Origin: Raillietiella orientalis
Taxonomy: Eukaryota
DNA: 64,000 nucleotides
Direction: 5' to 3'
Assembly (NCBI GenBank): GCA_036172245.1
Contig: JAYWIR010000058.1
Span: forward strand, 682,001 to 746,000
Shown: positions 1 to 13,341 of the stretch, one piece after another
How positions within the stretch are numbered: position 1 is the first letter of the stretch
How the letters are laid out: every line of letters starts with the position of its first letter
Notes under the pieces: model-generated
Told to the model about the DNA's origin: nothing
The model's database searches: none
Seen by the model: the letters and a program-made list of their open reading frames with translations, nothing else
Made by a program: the position numbers and the translations under genes

Positions 1-2979
1 ATTTTCCTTGGATTCTTTCTCTAGGGTTTATTGTATAAGCAGCAGCACAAATGATGGCGTCGAAACGGTTTCTAGCTTGACAATGCAACAACATGTAAAC
101 GAGTAATCTTTTGCGCAGGTGTGCTTCAGGTGTGCTTGAGTGATTGTCTTTACGGTGGAAGAGTCATGAAATTTCTCATCCACTGTAGTTCAACCCTAGT
201 GCGATGAGAATAATAGTCAATGCTTCGAAAACAATAGTTTAAAGAATGAGGAAGTGGGCGACATGGTCCCAGTGGTTGAACTAGGAGGCCTTGTATAGAT
301 AGCATAGACTAAGGTGACGACTCTTTCCACAGCAGCATGGTTCGCTTTGTATGTCTTCTGACGTGTGGTTCTCCGAAGTCGGACTACTCTTCGATGGTTT
401 CCCTGCTGTCTTCGAATTTGGAATATTCGCACATATTGTGTTGAGAGTCTGGACCAATCTCTAGATCTTCACACTTGATGCTTGAAACAAACTACTGAGA
501 GTCCAAAGATTTCACTTGCTCTCCTGATCCGATCAGAATTCCTTTGATTGCTAAGGATCTCTCAGTTTGTGCCACAGAATTTTCGTCTTAACTGTATTAT
601 CAACTACACCTCTTGAATCCAGTAATTCGAGAGATGGGACTTTGAGCCCAATGATGGTCTCCATTTCTTTGTAATCCAGATGGAAAGGCAGTGACTATTT
701 GACACTGGCTGTTAGGAATCACTCGAGATGCCTAACGGATCAGGATTCCGGAGAAACAAGCCTTATTGGGGAGCAGCTTGTCTCATTGGGGGCGAACTCT
801 TAGCAAGGAGAAAACGAAAAAACTGATCTACCAGGAGCAGAATTTGCTATATCACTCCAAGTGACAGCGTCAAATTTCCTCTGAAATGTTACTGGGTATA
901 GATACGTGAGACGAAACCAGAAAGAACGTTCTTCAGAGGTAGCGTGTCAGAGACCATACTTTTAGAGGGAGGAAATTGAAAACTCCGAAGGACTCAAGGA
1001 AAATTTAGGAAATACTTCATGTCGGGATGCTCTTTGTATGGGGTGAAGAGCTCGATTTGCTGTTACCATCTTTTTCTGGACAGCAGAAAGACGGTCATCT
1101 AATTCAGCTCAACTACCCCTCATAAATGTCATGTGAATGAAGTTCTCCTCAATCCTGCTTACTCTACCAGTTCTTGCAGCACCATTCATTATCGGAGGTA
1201 GAAGAAGGAAATGTAGCTTTCTTTTTTATCTAATAAGGGTGATCACTTGTGGCCCCTACATTCTGGGAGAGAAGTCAATGCAAAAATGGGAAGCAAGATG
1301 CAGCTTGACAAACTCAAAGACTTCATCTTTGTTTCGCCTTTCTTTGTAGTGAGGAGTCACGTTTTCTCACTTCTTTTCGATGCCCTCCTCGGTTTGGAAT
1401 TCTCCGGGAGACTCACTTGGACAGCAGGGAAGCAAAAGACAGAAGCGCTTGGAAAAAAATTTGCGAGCAGCCTTCGAAACAAGGACCAAACAGGTCTTGG
1501 AACTATAAACCGTTCCATTTCTGACGAAGAGAGAACTACGGAAGAAGATTTGCAAGAAATTGCCTTTGGCTGAACTTAGAAGCGAAGCCGTTCCACGGAA
1601 GCGTATTTGGCAAGAGTCTCAGGTCTCCACGTCCAGTCGGTTCCATCTGTGTTGAAGTCTGGGATCAGTCCTGGAAAAGAAATGAAGTTATAAAAAGATC
1701 CAGGAATCCATTAGCATTTTGGAGCTGAACACTCCTGTCTTTTCACTAATTCTATTGAGAGCCGATGCGACTTCTTACGTGAGGTCGAAACTGAACGCGG
1801 AACTCTGGACAGACAACGGGATGAAAACACGGGGGGAAGAACTGATTTTCTTCGGCTTAGTCTTCTGGAACGAAGGAGATGCCTTAGCATCTTCCGGAAC
1901 TAATCGTAAAAACTGCCTCCTTATGAGGAAAGGAGTGCGCAGTGATGCTTGCAGAAGGCAAAACATCTGGTGTAGTTCAAACATGTATCATTACACCCTG
2001 CTCATCCTAGTTCCCTTAGGGAAACAGGACACGACGGTGCGGGATAGGAATGCAGCCGTTGTGATCTCTGCAAACAACCATTATTCGAGAAGCAACTTCT
2101 GATCTGAGCGAAAGAAGCCAGACGGGCTCTTGCCATCCATCATTATTTGATCAAAGTGCAGATCGTCCACTTGCGGATGCATACAATCTTGCAACAGTTC
2201 ACTGGCGGAGCTTATTGGGTGCCTTCTCTTTTAAAAACATCATCCAGAGGTCACCTCCTCGAGAAAGAACCCGAAGGAGAGAGGAAGACTGCAGAATCAA
2301 TCTGCAATTTCATCTGAGATGGTTCATCCAGTGCTGAAAAGGTGCAAGGACGAGGATGACGACGCCCATAAAGATTCCCTCGCTTTCCCTTGCTTCTGTG
2401 TAGATAGGCAGCTTGTCCCGTCTTCGAGTGTAATGTGACCGTAGGAAGCAGCCGGTCATGGTTTTGTTGCAAGTCTTGCATCCAAAGTCTTTGGATGTGC
2501 AGCAGCACATTCCAAGAATCGTGGAGAACCCCCTGGCTCTTGATTCTGAGAATCAAAAGAATGCACCCTGATCATCAGAGATCCTCTAAAAAACGGAGTA
2601 CTTGCAGAGCTCTTCATGATCGATCCTGCAGTCTTTGCAACTTGGGAAGCACCGGGAACAAAATATCGCGGGCGACTATTTGTTCCACGGTGGCACTCGA
2701 TCCTGGTAGCACAGATCTGAGAAGCTCAGAAGCAACACAAATGATGGGATTTGAGATGGAGAGTGGCAGAGATGGAGATAGAGAAGAAGGTGAGAGAGAA
2801 GAGGAGAGAAAAAGGCGTCAAGAGCCTTTTGCTTGTCTTTGGCAGAGTTACCGTTCCTGTAGGATCAAGATGAGCAAACCCCGAATAAGAACGCAGTCGC
2901 CCTCGTTTCCGCGACTTAGCCTAGAGAAACCCTGATGCCATTATTTTTGCTTGTTTTGCGGATGTTTTTCCTGTTGCAG

Positions 2980-3114
2980 ATGGCTGAAGAAGGGATCCCA
3001 GGCATAGGGAAGCAGAAACCAAACTCTCGTGTTCTCAACCAGTCCATGTTCAGCTACGTTCCGGACGCTTTCGGCAACGCCCTCCCCGCCTTGCCTTCGG
3101 AAAGGGTGGAAGAA
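2980..3114 (+). CDS. Putative coding exon (45 codons, MAEEGIPGIG...LNQSMFSYVPD...ERVEE); candidate upstream exon of a long CRMP isoform
   Basis: Pyrimidine-rich acceptor TTTTCCTGTTGCAG before 2980 and donor GTGAGT after 3114; 135 nt, phase 0/0; clear protein-level similarity to the exon at 8433-8627. Confidence 0.6.
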
Positions 3115-6100
3115 GTGAGTCTCGTGTCGTCTATTGACTGCATCTCTGCTTCTATCCCTTGCTCCTGCTGCTACAAACTTCTCTGGCTCGAGGGCTTTCT
3201 CTCCTTCCGAGAAACGCTAGAGAGCGCAGAATGGGATTGGAAAGAAGAGGGTGACTCCCGGAGGATTCCAGCTTCCTGAAATTTCATTGCTGCTTCCTTC
3301 TTTTATGCTTTTTCCTTTTTAAAAAATTATCCTGCGAGAGTTCTCTCAGAAACGAATCGCTTCAAACTTTGGGCATTTGTGGAGGAAAAGGGCTTTGAGA
3401 ATACCATGAAGTTCGTGGTGTGCAGGGGAGAGGGAGGGGGCAAGGCTCGTTTTTTCTTTCGCACTAATTTTTACCAAGGTCCAAAGTTCATCAACGGCTA
3501 CCAAGGTCGTTACGAGATTCCTAACGCATCTCTCCTTGTCTGCTTCTCTTGCAATATCCAGAGGAGGGTGAGGCCTACTTCTCCCCACTTCGCAGGATGA
3601 GCCAAGGTCCCAACTTCCGCGCACCTCTAGGAACGAGCGGATCCCTTTTTGGCCAGGACTTCATACTTGCTCATGTCCTCGATTGCCTCACCTATCCACC
3701 GCGGCCGCCTTCTTCTCTGCTACAGCCACACTGCTTGCTGTTACAACTTGTCCATTTCAGGAAGCATCCCGTCTTGCGATGGCAGCAGAGCAGAACTCGC
3801 GACTCCGCAGGAACAAGGTGTGTTTTGACTGCCCTGTCGGAGCGAGGATTCCTGTCCTTCACTCCCCTTGCGATCAAATGCCGCCTGAGATGGACAATTG
3901 CGTTCTGGAATGCTTTGTGTTCTCAGGGATTCCTAGCACCGCGTTCCACTTACCCACGTGCACCTCTGTACCATCATGTGCATGTGCAAGTTGATGATGC
4001 AGTGCATTCTTCTCTTTCTCAGGGGAAGTGTCCCCATGTAATGTGTCTCAGCAGGAAGAAATTGCTTGATGGGTGCGAACCAATGTCCTCACGTGAACTC
4101 GAAGAGAACCATCCGATAATTTTCTAGCGCGCGATTCGAAAGAGATCACAGTGGCTCGCTGTTACTGGCCATTGCTTTGGTCACCGAGAGAAGAGAGCTT
4201 TCTGATTTTCCGAAAAGAAGTCGAGGATAAATACTAGGAGTCGCAGGCGTCAGCAAACTTTGAGTACGAAAGCTCTGGCTCCCTATCATCCTTCTTCGGT
4301 CATCAACGGATGCTAGGTGATCGTTTCCTCCCGCTGTGCTCTAACCAGAACTGTGACCTCCGTCGTTGCAACAATACCTGAGTGAAAGTTTTCCGATTAC
4401 TAAGGTAGGCTTCTGCTATGTCAGCCGACGTAGATGTTGATCGAGCTGTGCGCAGCTTCAACCCGCCCTATGCGAGGAGCCGACACCGCTGGTAGCACTC
4501 GAAACGCGACACAGAGTCTCTCAGTTCTGAAGTATGTGCCCTCTCCAGCACGAAAACTTATGAAAGGGCTGCACGCTTTCCCGGAGCTGTCTCCCAGTGC
4601 AGCCTTTTGCTTATCCAGGAATCGTTAAACGAGCGAGCGGGGAGACTGTGAAAATACCTGGGCGACCTTTCGAGCCTGAATAGCGTCATGGAGAATGGGA
4701 GATACTCCCGATTTCTGGTTTCCGAAGCTGACGCCTTGTAGATATGTGGATAGCATACGTCGTCGCTCACCTGCTACCAGGCTCCCCGCATGTCCCTCCT
4801 CGTCCCCTGAGGAGGTAGACGCAGCCGTTCTCTGGGTGCTCTTATCAGAAACGGATGCTTGTCCACGAAACAAGCATCCTCTCCGCGAAAAGATGCCTGT
4901 GGAGTTACTTCGCTGCGAGAGGCTCCTTTCCGGGCGAAGGAAGCTTAGCCTGTTTTCTTTTCTCCTCCTTTGCTTGCCTACCTCGCCTTCGGGTACTCGC
5001 AGAGAACACCTGAAGATCGCGATAGTTGATCTCACAACATAGCCATCGGATAAGATCCGTTCTTTCATTCCTCCTTGAACATAGCTGCTCTGCCTCTCAC
5101 CCTCATTTGCAATCCTCTGGAGGAGTCGGCTGCTGTGGCTCGCTGAAATGCTCCAACGACTTCGGCTCCGAAAAGAAACAGCGGACTTTATGGCTTTCAG
5201 CTTGGAGAGGGGCTTGTGGAACTGCCCAACAGCCGGCACGTGCAAAAATGATTCCTCCAGAGAGAGAGAAGGAGGAAGGAGGAGAGAGTGGAGGGCCACT
5301 GAAAACACCACGTCTTCTCCCTACAACTAGAGGCGATTCGCCTCCGCGCCATCGCCCCATCCCTTGGAGGCCGTCATCAATTCCTACCCACCTCACCTCG
5401 CCCCTCTCCGATTGGAGAGTACTGTCGAGAGATCCTTTGCTTGCAGCTCGCACCCCTGCACTCATCGCACACAATGCAGCGCTATGCAATCGGTGCGGCG
5501 CGGCACCTGTGCATACGCGTTCCGCGTAGAACGCTGAGGAGCGTGCACGCACGCAACCTCATCGTCATTCGACGCGCATTAAATAGAAGCGGAAGTGCCT
5601 CACCAGAACTTCCTTTCCACCTCCCGCTTTGCTCGATTGCTCCTCGCCTTTTGGTGTTGGGGAGAAGTGGATGAGGAGGAGAAGGATGCTAAGCGCAGCA
5701 AATTGACCACGTATTGAAATGTCCTCTAATGACTCTGCCAGCCCATGATGACACGGAGATTCGAAGGAGAGATGATCCGCACGGGGGCGTTAGCGTCGGT
5801 CGATTCGACCTGCTCTATTTCGGGAGCCGAGCAGCAGCTATTTAAAACTCTGGAAGCTGCAGCGGCTGCTGGTTCCGGGTAATCCCCGGAACCGCCTGCG
5901 GCGTCCCCGGGAAGCCAGGATGGCTGCTTCCGAAGCTGCTTTTTCTCCTGAAGCTATCATCTCGGAAGTTCTTTCCTTTTCCCTTTCGCTTCATGCTAGA
6001 GGAGCTCGAAGGAAGAGAGCAGTAGATCTGTGCGGGTCTCCCAAGGGCGCGGTCCAATGTTTCCCATCGCTTTCGAGACGGGAAGCCTTTCCAGGACTAC

Positions 6101-7240
6101 AGAGGAAGGGGAAAGAGGATGGCTGGTTTCCTCTCGGAATCGGTGCCTTTCCCCAAGGGACCGATCCCTGAGAGGAACCAAAACCACAAGATAGTGGTGG
6201 AATCAAAAGATGCAGACGAAAAAAGTGGAGAAGAACTAGGAGTTCTCTCAGCAGGCGGAAGGGGACGAATGCTACCATGACTCAGTCCAAGAATTCTCTA
6301 GGACACGGAACGAGAGGCGATGACGCCAGTAGGAGAAGCACTTTCTCATTGGCGTCCCAGATCTCTCGAAATGCCTCAGGATTCCTGTTGCTCGCTCACG
6401 GGAGACTGAGTTTTGAAGATATCAACTCCTCCCTGAACCCGAAAAGGCCGCTGTTTTTTGCCGCCAACAGCGTTTCATTTATTTAATTATCCTCCCCCCC
6501 CCCCTTTACCTTCTCCATTCGATGCTCCCGTTGACCTGCAAGCTCGAGCCACGACCTACGTGAACGATCATTTCTGCTCTCTGAGACGGAATACCTTCTG
6601 TTTACGCACTGAGAGATCATCCTTCAGCTATCTGAAGCTCGACTTTTTCCTGGTCAATTCCTCGCATCGTGGCTCGAGCTGGGGTAAGACGTTTCTCGCT
6701 TCCAGCACTAGATGACGGTGGCGGTGGCGATGCGCTCTAGCACAGCGGCGTGGGAGGACAACCTGGCGAGATACAGCCCTCTATCCTCTTTACTAGCAGA
6801 TAACGGGCTCTCTTGTCATCTTCCATACAGGTGGGGGATAGCAAGCGAGCGTGATATGGTGGATGAGTCGAACCTTTCCAACTTTCCACCCTTTCTTCAA
6901 GAACTACTGAGTTGTTAGAAACTGACTGCATGCAGAGTATTGAGCAGCCAGAATGTCTCACCCCTTAGAGTCGAGAATACTACGGGAATAGGAGGAAAAC
7001 CAAAACTCCTCTGCCTATTCCTTCCCCTCGATCTCAGAAATGAATCCTCCATTCACGTTACGAGACTGTTTTGCAAGTCCTTGGCGTAAGCTCATTCCAG
7101 GCTCCAGGGGCGAAGAAGGCATTGCCTTCCCTCCTGATGCTGTGTCAAATATCAGAGAAGAGAGTGGGTCATATGGTGGAGCTTCTTGAGTTCTGTAGGG
7201 CTGGGAGAGAGGGAAGGCGTTTCTTCAAGAGGTACTTTCA

Positions 7241-7318
7241 CCACAGGACGGCCTCTTTGACTCTAGTTCTGTGGATTCCCACAGGACGGCCTCTTTGACT
7301 AGTTCTGTGGATTCCCAC
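7241..7318. repeat. Direct tandem duplication of a 36-38 bp unit
   Basis: CCACAGGACGGCCTCTTTGACT(CT)AGTTCTGTGGATTC occurs at 7241-7278 and 7279-7314, followed by a partial CCAC. Confidence 0.9.
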
Positions 7319-8432
7319 ACGCCGACCCTATCTCTCTGGGACAGAAACTAGCACACACATCAGACTTTTATCTCCCCTCTTCCGCTCCTGAGAGACAGTG
7401 AAGTGTCGTCTCAGGAAACGAAAATCCGTTGAGAAAGAACCATTTGTGTCTCCTCGGAGAGCTGCCCCTCCCCCAGAATTGCAAGTGCTTGCCGACTCCG
7501 CGGATGGGCACATGATTTGCCACGATAATGCTGAAACTCACGACGGAGGCAACTGAAGCATCGGTCCTGTCTTCCTCTCCATTTGAGGACAGCGTCCCCA
7601 TCCCTCGTAGAGAAGAAGCATCCATCGATTCTGGCTAGTCAGCAGGAACGTCGGTGCAAGTGATGCATGTGGTGACCCAGACGGTCAGAGATTTACTCCC
7701 TTCGGCCGTCTGGACCACCAATCGCTCCCCATCTGGGCTACTGTCTGGGGAAGAGGAAGAAGGCAGGCACCAACCTGGTGGATGAGTCCAGTCGGGGGCC
7801 TTTTTGAATACCTTCCAGGCATTCCACCGGACGATGCCATTCCTAAACGATCTCTTCTTTGAGGCTGCGCTGCCGCAAATGAGGAGAGGGCAACAATCCT
7901 CCTCCTCCTCCTTTCTTCCTCCTTTTTCTCTCATTTCCCTTCCTAACCATCCCCTGGATAGGAAGATGTGGTAAGAAGCTAAACAAGCAAAAGAACAATC
8001 TCATTCCCCTCCTCCACCCCCCGTATTTTCACCTTCGCATTGCCATTGAGACTGACGTCAGGTAGGAAAAGTGGACGCGACAGTCTCCCTCGTGCAAAAT
8101 CCTTCCTTACTCCTCTTCACCCGGCCACTCACTCGGGAGGGTCGAGGGAAAAGGGAGCAGAGGCAATGTGGAAATGGAGAGCGGGAGACAACTTCTTGTT
8201 TCTTCCTCAAGCTTGCAACGATCGTGTGCATGGGAACTTTCCTAAAAGCGATCGATTATGCAGGGTGTGCAGGCTCCGAATTGTTTAGATCGCCATTTTC
8301 GGCGATGGTGGTTCGTTTCGTAAAAAAGAGAGGCAACAGAAGGAAGGTGAATGCCCACTCTGCCTTTGATAAAAGTTCTCCATGGAGGGGGAAGGACACG
8401 AAAGTACCCCATAGGCGCTCGCACCGTTGCAG

Positions 8433-8627
8433 GAGGAGGAAGAAGAGGAGGAGGGAGAGAACACCAGGAAGGAAAGACAAGGAGAGGATCCAGGGACGAT
8501 CATCCCAGGCATGGGTGCAGAACCGTACGTCTCCCGGGGACTGCTCAACAAGTCCATGTTCGCATACGTCCCGGACGTTTGTGGCAGCGCTTTCCCGTCA
8601 TTCCCGTCGGAGCAAGATTATTCACAG
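8433..8627 (+). CDS. Putative coding exon (65 codons, EEEEEEEGEN...IPGMG...LLNKSMFAYVPD...DYSQ)
   Basis: TTGCAG acceptor and CAG|GTGAGT donor; 195 nt, phase 0/0; paralogous to 2980-3114. Confidence 0.6.
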
Positions 8628-9567
8628 GTGAGTTTTCCGCAGCTTTCCTCCTTCTTCCCATTAACGTTTGTGGTTCTCCTGTGCTGCCTCATCTCTCCTT
8701 TCGTCCCAGCCACCCTTTAGGCGCGAGGAGGGATGCCTGGGATTTCCGGAGATTCCCAGGGGGGAACAAGACAAACTATTCGTTCCCACTGTCCCACTTC
8801 CTAATCTCCTTTCCAGATTTCCCGCTCCTCCCCTTCTCTTTCCTTGGATCGCGCGCTGCTCTTCTCTTGGGCACCTCACGGGAGCTAGATCCCTCCTGCC
8901 GCTTCCGAAATCCTCTTGGAATCATAATGGAGCCTCCTCTGGCAAGGCTCCTCCTCCTCCTTCCAATCCTAACCTTTTGCGGACCCTTCTCCAGCGCGTG
9001 CTCATCTTCAGTGAGTGCCAAGGGGAAGTCCTTTCCTTTTCCTATTTTTTTGCACCAGAATACAAGTCGCGACTGCTGTCCCTGAACAGAGGTGACTTCT
9101 GCCTAGGACCGTTCTTTCTGCTCTCTTCAGGTACTCCTCCTTCCAGCACACAAACATCCTAATTTGATCTGCTCCCATATCTCGTCTCCACCCCCTTTGT
9201 CTCAATAGGCAGATGCGTGCGCCTGGCTCCCCAGCCAAGGCGAAGCCCAGGGGCTTTCCTCTTTCTGCAATTTTGGGGACACATCCCAACCGGAAAGGGG
9301 AACCTGAAGTCTACAGCAGCCCTCAGGAAGAAAGCACGCGAAAGGAAACAGATGCTGCACACCTTCCTTTTCCGTCCCTTCCCCCCTTTTCTTCCTCATC
9401 CATTTATGCTTTTTCCTGAGCCATCTCCTGAAAGAAGGGAGAGGGGGCAAGGTTTCAGCAGAGGTGCAGGCAGTCTTCAGAGGGGCTCTCATGTTCTCCT
9501 TCGGTTTGGAACACCTGGTGCCTCTTCCTTTCCTTTAGATCCTGAAACGATTCCTATTTGCTTTCAG

Positions 9568-9642
9568 GACATTCCCGGAGAACGCGGCCTCTTCGCGGAC
9601 GAGGAGATGGAGGAGGAGACCAAGAAGCAGCAACAGCAACAG
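9568..9642 (+). CDS. Putative coding exon (DIPGERGLFADEEMEEETKKQQQQQ)
   Basis: TTTGCTTTCAG acceptor and CAG|GTTGGT donor; 75 nt, phase 0/0; acidic/Gln-rich like the 8433 exon. Confidence 0.5.
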
Positions 9643-12600
9643 GTTGGTCTAGGGTAACACTGGCAATTTCGCGTGCCTTTCGCCTACTCTCGAGGGCCGG
9701 CTTTCTCTCCTTCCTTTACCCCACCCGGGATGCGATCCCCTGAGAAGATCCTGATGCTGTGTTCTTACTAGAAAGGCCTCCAGCGACAAGAGTTTGCGAG
9801 AGAGAGATCGAGGGAAGGGGAATGACGAGAAGAGTGGAAATAGGGGGTATCTCTGGGTCCCTCCTAGGAGACCGGGCTCCTAGGAGGGTCTTAGTCCACA
9901 AAGATAGCCTCTTTCCCAGAGTTTTTCCAGCGGCGAAGGATGGCCAGAATCCTTTCCCCCCTTCATCGCTCCTCCTCCACACGCTGCATACCGGCGCGAT
10001 TCCAGCAATTGCCAGATTTTCCTTCGACAGGAGTTGTCCTTATGCGAGCGCAAGCACGCCCTTCTCTTTCTCCTCCTCCTCTCCTTTCCTTCCTGGAAAA
10101 TTCTCCGCCGTTCTTCTTCTATGTTCACCCAATTGACTACTACTGTCCTTGTTCCAACTCCATTACTTACCGAGAATGGACTTCCTACGCCTTTCTTCCC
10201 ACGCCATGCTTTGCTACAGGTAAGATCTCCCTCTCGTCCCCTCTTGGAAGAGGTACGAAGAATCTTTATAGCCGGCGTATTTCTCGGAAGAACTCTCACG
10301 TCCTCTCGCTTACTAGTAAGAGCGAAACAGGCGCGTTTCTGCGACGACGACTACAGCCGCTTCCTCCACCTTACCTTCTTCTCTATCCTTCCTCCCTATA
10401 GAAATTCTTGATTCTCCCAGGGAGAGGAGGTTATCGGCAACGGAGCGCGAAGGAGGGAATTCTGTCTCACCCGTCCCTTCACTCTCCCTCTCCTTCTCTA
10501 CCCCGTCGCTCGACTCCGCTTTCCTTTCGGAGAATGCGTTGCCGCAGCTGGGCGTCCTTACGCCTCCTCCAAGTAAAGAATCCCTGCTGCGTCTGTTCCT
10601 TCGCATTCTCTCCTCCTCGGGAAAGATGAAGGACAGAACAGAAGGGAGGAGGAGAAGGAGTAACAGAGGGAGAGGGGTTGGTCCGGGAACCATGAGAGAT
10701 GGGGTGCTTGAGTCGAGAGAGCTCGGTTAGGTCTCCCGTCGGAAGAACCTTACAACTCTGGTTTAAAAGGGGCCAGGACCCTCGCTTTGGGAAGGGGAAG
10801 TCGGGAGTGGAGACAGGAGGACATTGCAAGTTTTCCCGAAAAAAGCCAACGAGCCTGCGATCATGACAAGGATGATGGAAAAATGTTCCTACCTCATCAT
10901 GAGCTACTCGTCTTCGATTTGCAAAACTTGGCGCTCGTGCACGAGATCCCTTCGTAACCTTGTAAGAGATTGGTGTGAGGGGGGGGGAAATGAAGACATT
11001 GCAGAAAAAAAAAAAGCTTTTGTGCGTCTTCGTCTTTAAAGGAAAACAAACGAACGAAGAATCGAACGAAGTGCGGTCGACGACGAATTGCTCGTCTTTT
11101 TCCGTCTTCCGCTAAGTGACAGCGACCCACGCTTGGAAACGGTGCATTCAGTGCACTCGGACCTCGATGAACGCACGCGCGACCCTCTCGGATGGTTGGT
11201 TGCGAGCACTTTGCACGCGTCACTCGGCAGCCTCTGTCTGCGCCAAGGTTTGCCTCATCTGGAGGCTGCAGATATCTTTTTTTCCTCTTTTTTCAGAAAG
11301 CAGAATCACTCATAAAAGTGACTCCTATTTGTCCCTGTTCCTCACTCGAAATTCGAAGGCTCCTGTGCGGTATGTGTCAGCCTCTGTGCTCGACACATTC
11401 TCTAAATTTGCACCTTTTATTGGAAAATACTCCGTTCTCGATCATTTTCAGAATCCTCCCATTTCCAAGCAGCAGCAAATAATCCTGCAGTCCCTTGACC
11501 GTTGTAACCATAAGGCGATTTCTGTGCTCACGATCCTTGTATGTTCCGTGATTGCACGTAATCGATCTTTCTTCAGGTAAGTAACGTTTGCTGTCGAAGG
11601 CAGCATTCGCCGATAAAGTGACAGCAATTATATAACGCGCGCAGTTGAGTTGGTGCCACCCATTGGTATCTCAGTTTGTTTACGATTCCATTCTGATCCT
11701 GTTAATTCCTCCCCTTTTTTCTGAGGAGCCTTCTTTTCCTGGGCAACAACAAAGCTGAAAAACCGTGGCCAGCTCAAACCAGTTTGCAACATATACAACA
11801 AATAAGTAAAACACTAAATTATTCCATATAAAATTAGAAATACTTTCAAGGTTCCCTCAAAGTCTGCATCTTGTTGGAAAGCATGAGTATTTATACATTT
11901 AAGTTTGTATCAACTTGAATTTATAAAATCAGGAGTTTAAACCTTACAAAGAATGAACATCCGCGAATGAACGTTGAGCAAAGTATTTTAAGTTGCAGAG
12001 ATTCCGTGGGTGTCTACTTCCGTTTTTTTTTTTGCGATCGATTTAGCATTTATGTGGACTAGAAGATGGTTAACTTAATATTGCGCTGGTAAAGACAATG
12101 ACAGTCATTGTATGGAAGAAACAAGCAAGCTGCAGTCGTGAGGTTTGGCTTGGTTGCGCGTTTCTAGCTCGAGATTAGAAACTGTTGCCGGAGAAAGACT
12201 GCCTTTACTACTGATTCGATCTCATCCAAGGATGTTTCCCAACCGGATTTCGTATTTGTCATTCATAAAATAATTGCATCCTGAGACAACAGGAAGGCTC
12301 ACTGAGGAAGAATTTTAAAAAGCAGATATTCCAGCGTATTTCAAGAAAGATTCTCGGAAAGTTATTCCTGCTATCTATTATTTCCTCATTTCCTGATATT
12401 TAGAGCGAATCAAGTCGCATACGAATTTTCTGTAGCGTGCTTCAAACTCCGCAGGAAGAATTATATTCTCATCGAGGGAAATTAGACTTCTTGATCCAAG
12501 CCGTCAAGGCGGCTTACATTGCAGGATGTAATTCATCAATCTTGGTGAGCTTAAATAACACCTTCGTGATAATGAATAACAACCTGGTGGTCATTCAGGT

Positions 12601-13341
12601 TCTTGCATCAGTATAAAAGCATTTCATAAGAATCAGCCACTCCTTAATTGAGTTACTTGAATACCATCATAATGTTGACTACTGGCTTAGAACAATTTGC
12701 GTACTTAAGCACAAGGATATGGATTTTTTTCCTCACATGAAGAAAATATTAATTCCAGATGGTATTCAACTATAAAAATGTATACTAATCCTGGTGTGTT
12801 TTGTTTTAAAAAAAATGTGTAGGGCATAGTGGGTTTAAGGGTACGTGGCTGCCAGAAAAGGAAAAAAAAGTATTTGCTTTTATAAAAACTGGCTAATCCT
12901 TTTTCTTTAATAGATACGTTTTTCTTTGTAATTTATTCCAATTTTTGTAAATATCGACTCTATAAATTGTGAATTGGAAGGATAACTTCACCTGATAGTG
13001 TCGTCTGCAACTCGTAGGAATAGTTTTTCTGGAGACGGGGGATTGACTTGAACTCTTGACTTTTCTGGAGCAGCAATTGTGTTGGCTTACATATATTCCG
13101 TATTTTAATCGTCATCCTCAAACACTTATACTTACCAAGAAACTTCACTTTAATGCCATCAGTTTCCTTTGTGACAAGGATAGCGGCTCTTTACGTTAAC
13201 AACCGCCTTTGATAGGGAGAGATCGAATACAAGTTCTTATCGAATTGTGCACCGCGCTTTCGTTTGCACGCATTTTGGGAGTTCCCGACTTTCCTACAGT
13301 AGGCTTCTGTGATTCGCAAACTGTTTGTGGCCACGAAAGGA

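Noticed and set aside
1..2400. Possible terminal exon(s) of an upstream gene near 25-110 and ORFs at 1137-2102
   Set aside because: No recognisable protein motifs; splice signals alone are insufficient.
3300..11500. Many overlapping 60-240 aa ORFs on both strands
   Set aside because: Low-complexity Ser/Pro/Arg/Leu/Phe translations expected from GC-richer, purine/pyrimidine-skewed intronic DNA; no recognisable domains apart from the exons listed.
11629..11676. TATATAA followed by TCAGTT as a core promoter
   Set aside because: The spacing of about 40 nt is longer than the usual TATA-Inr distance, and there is no supporting downstream exon.
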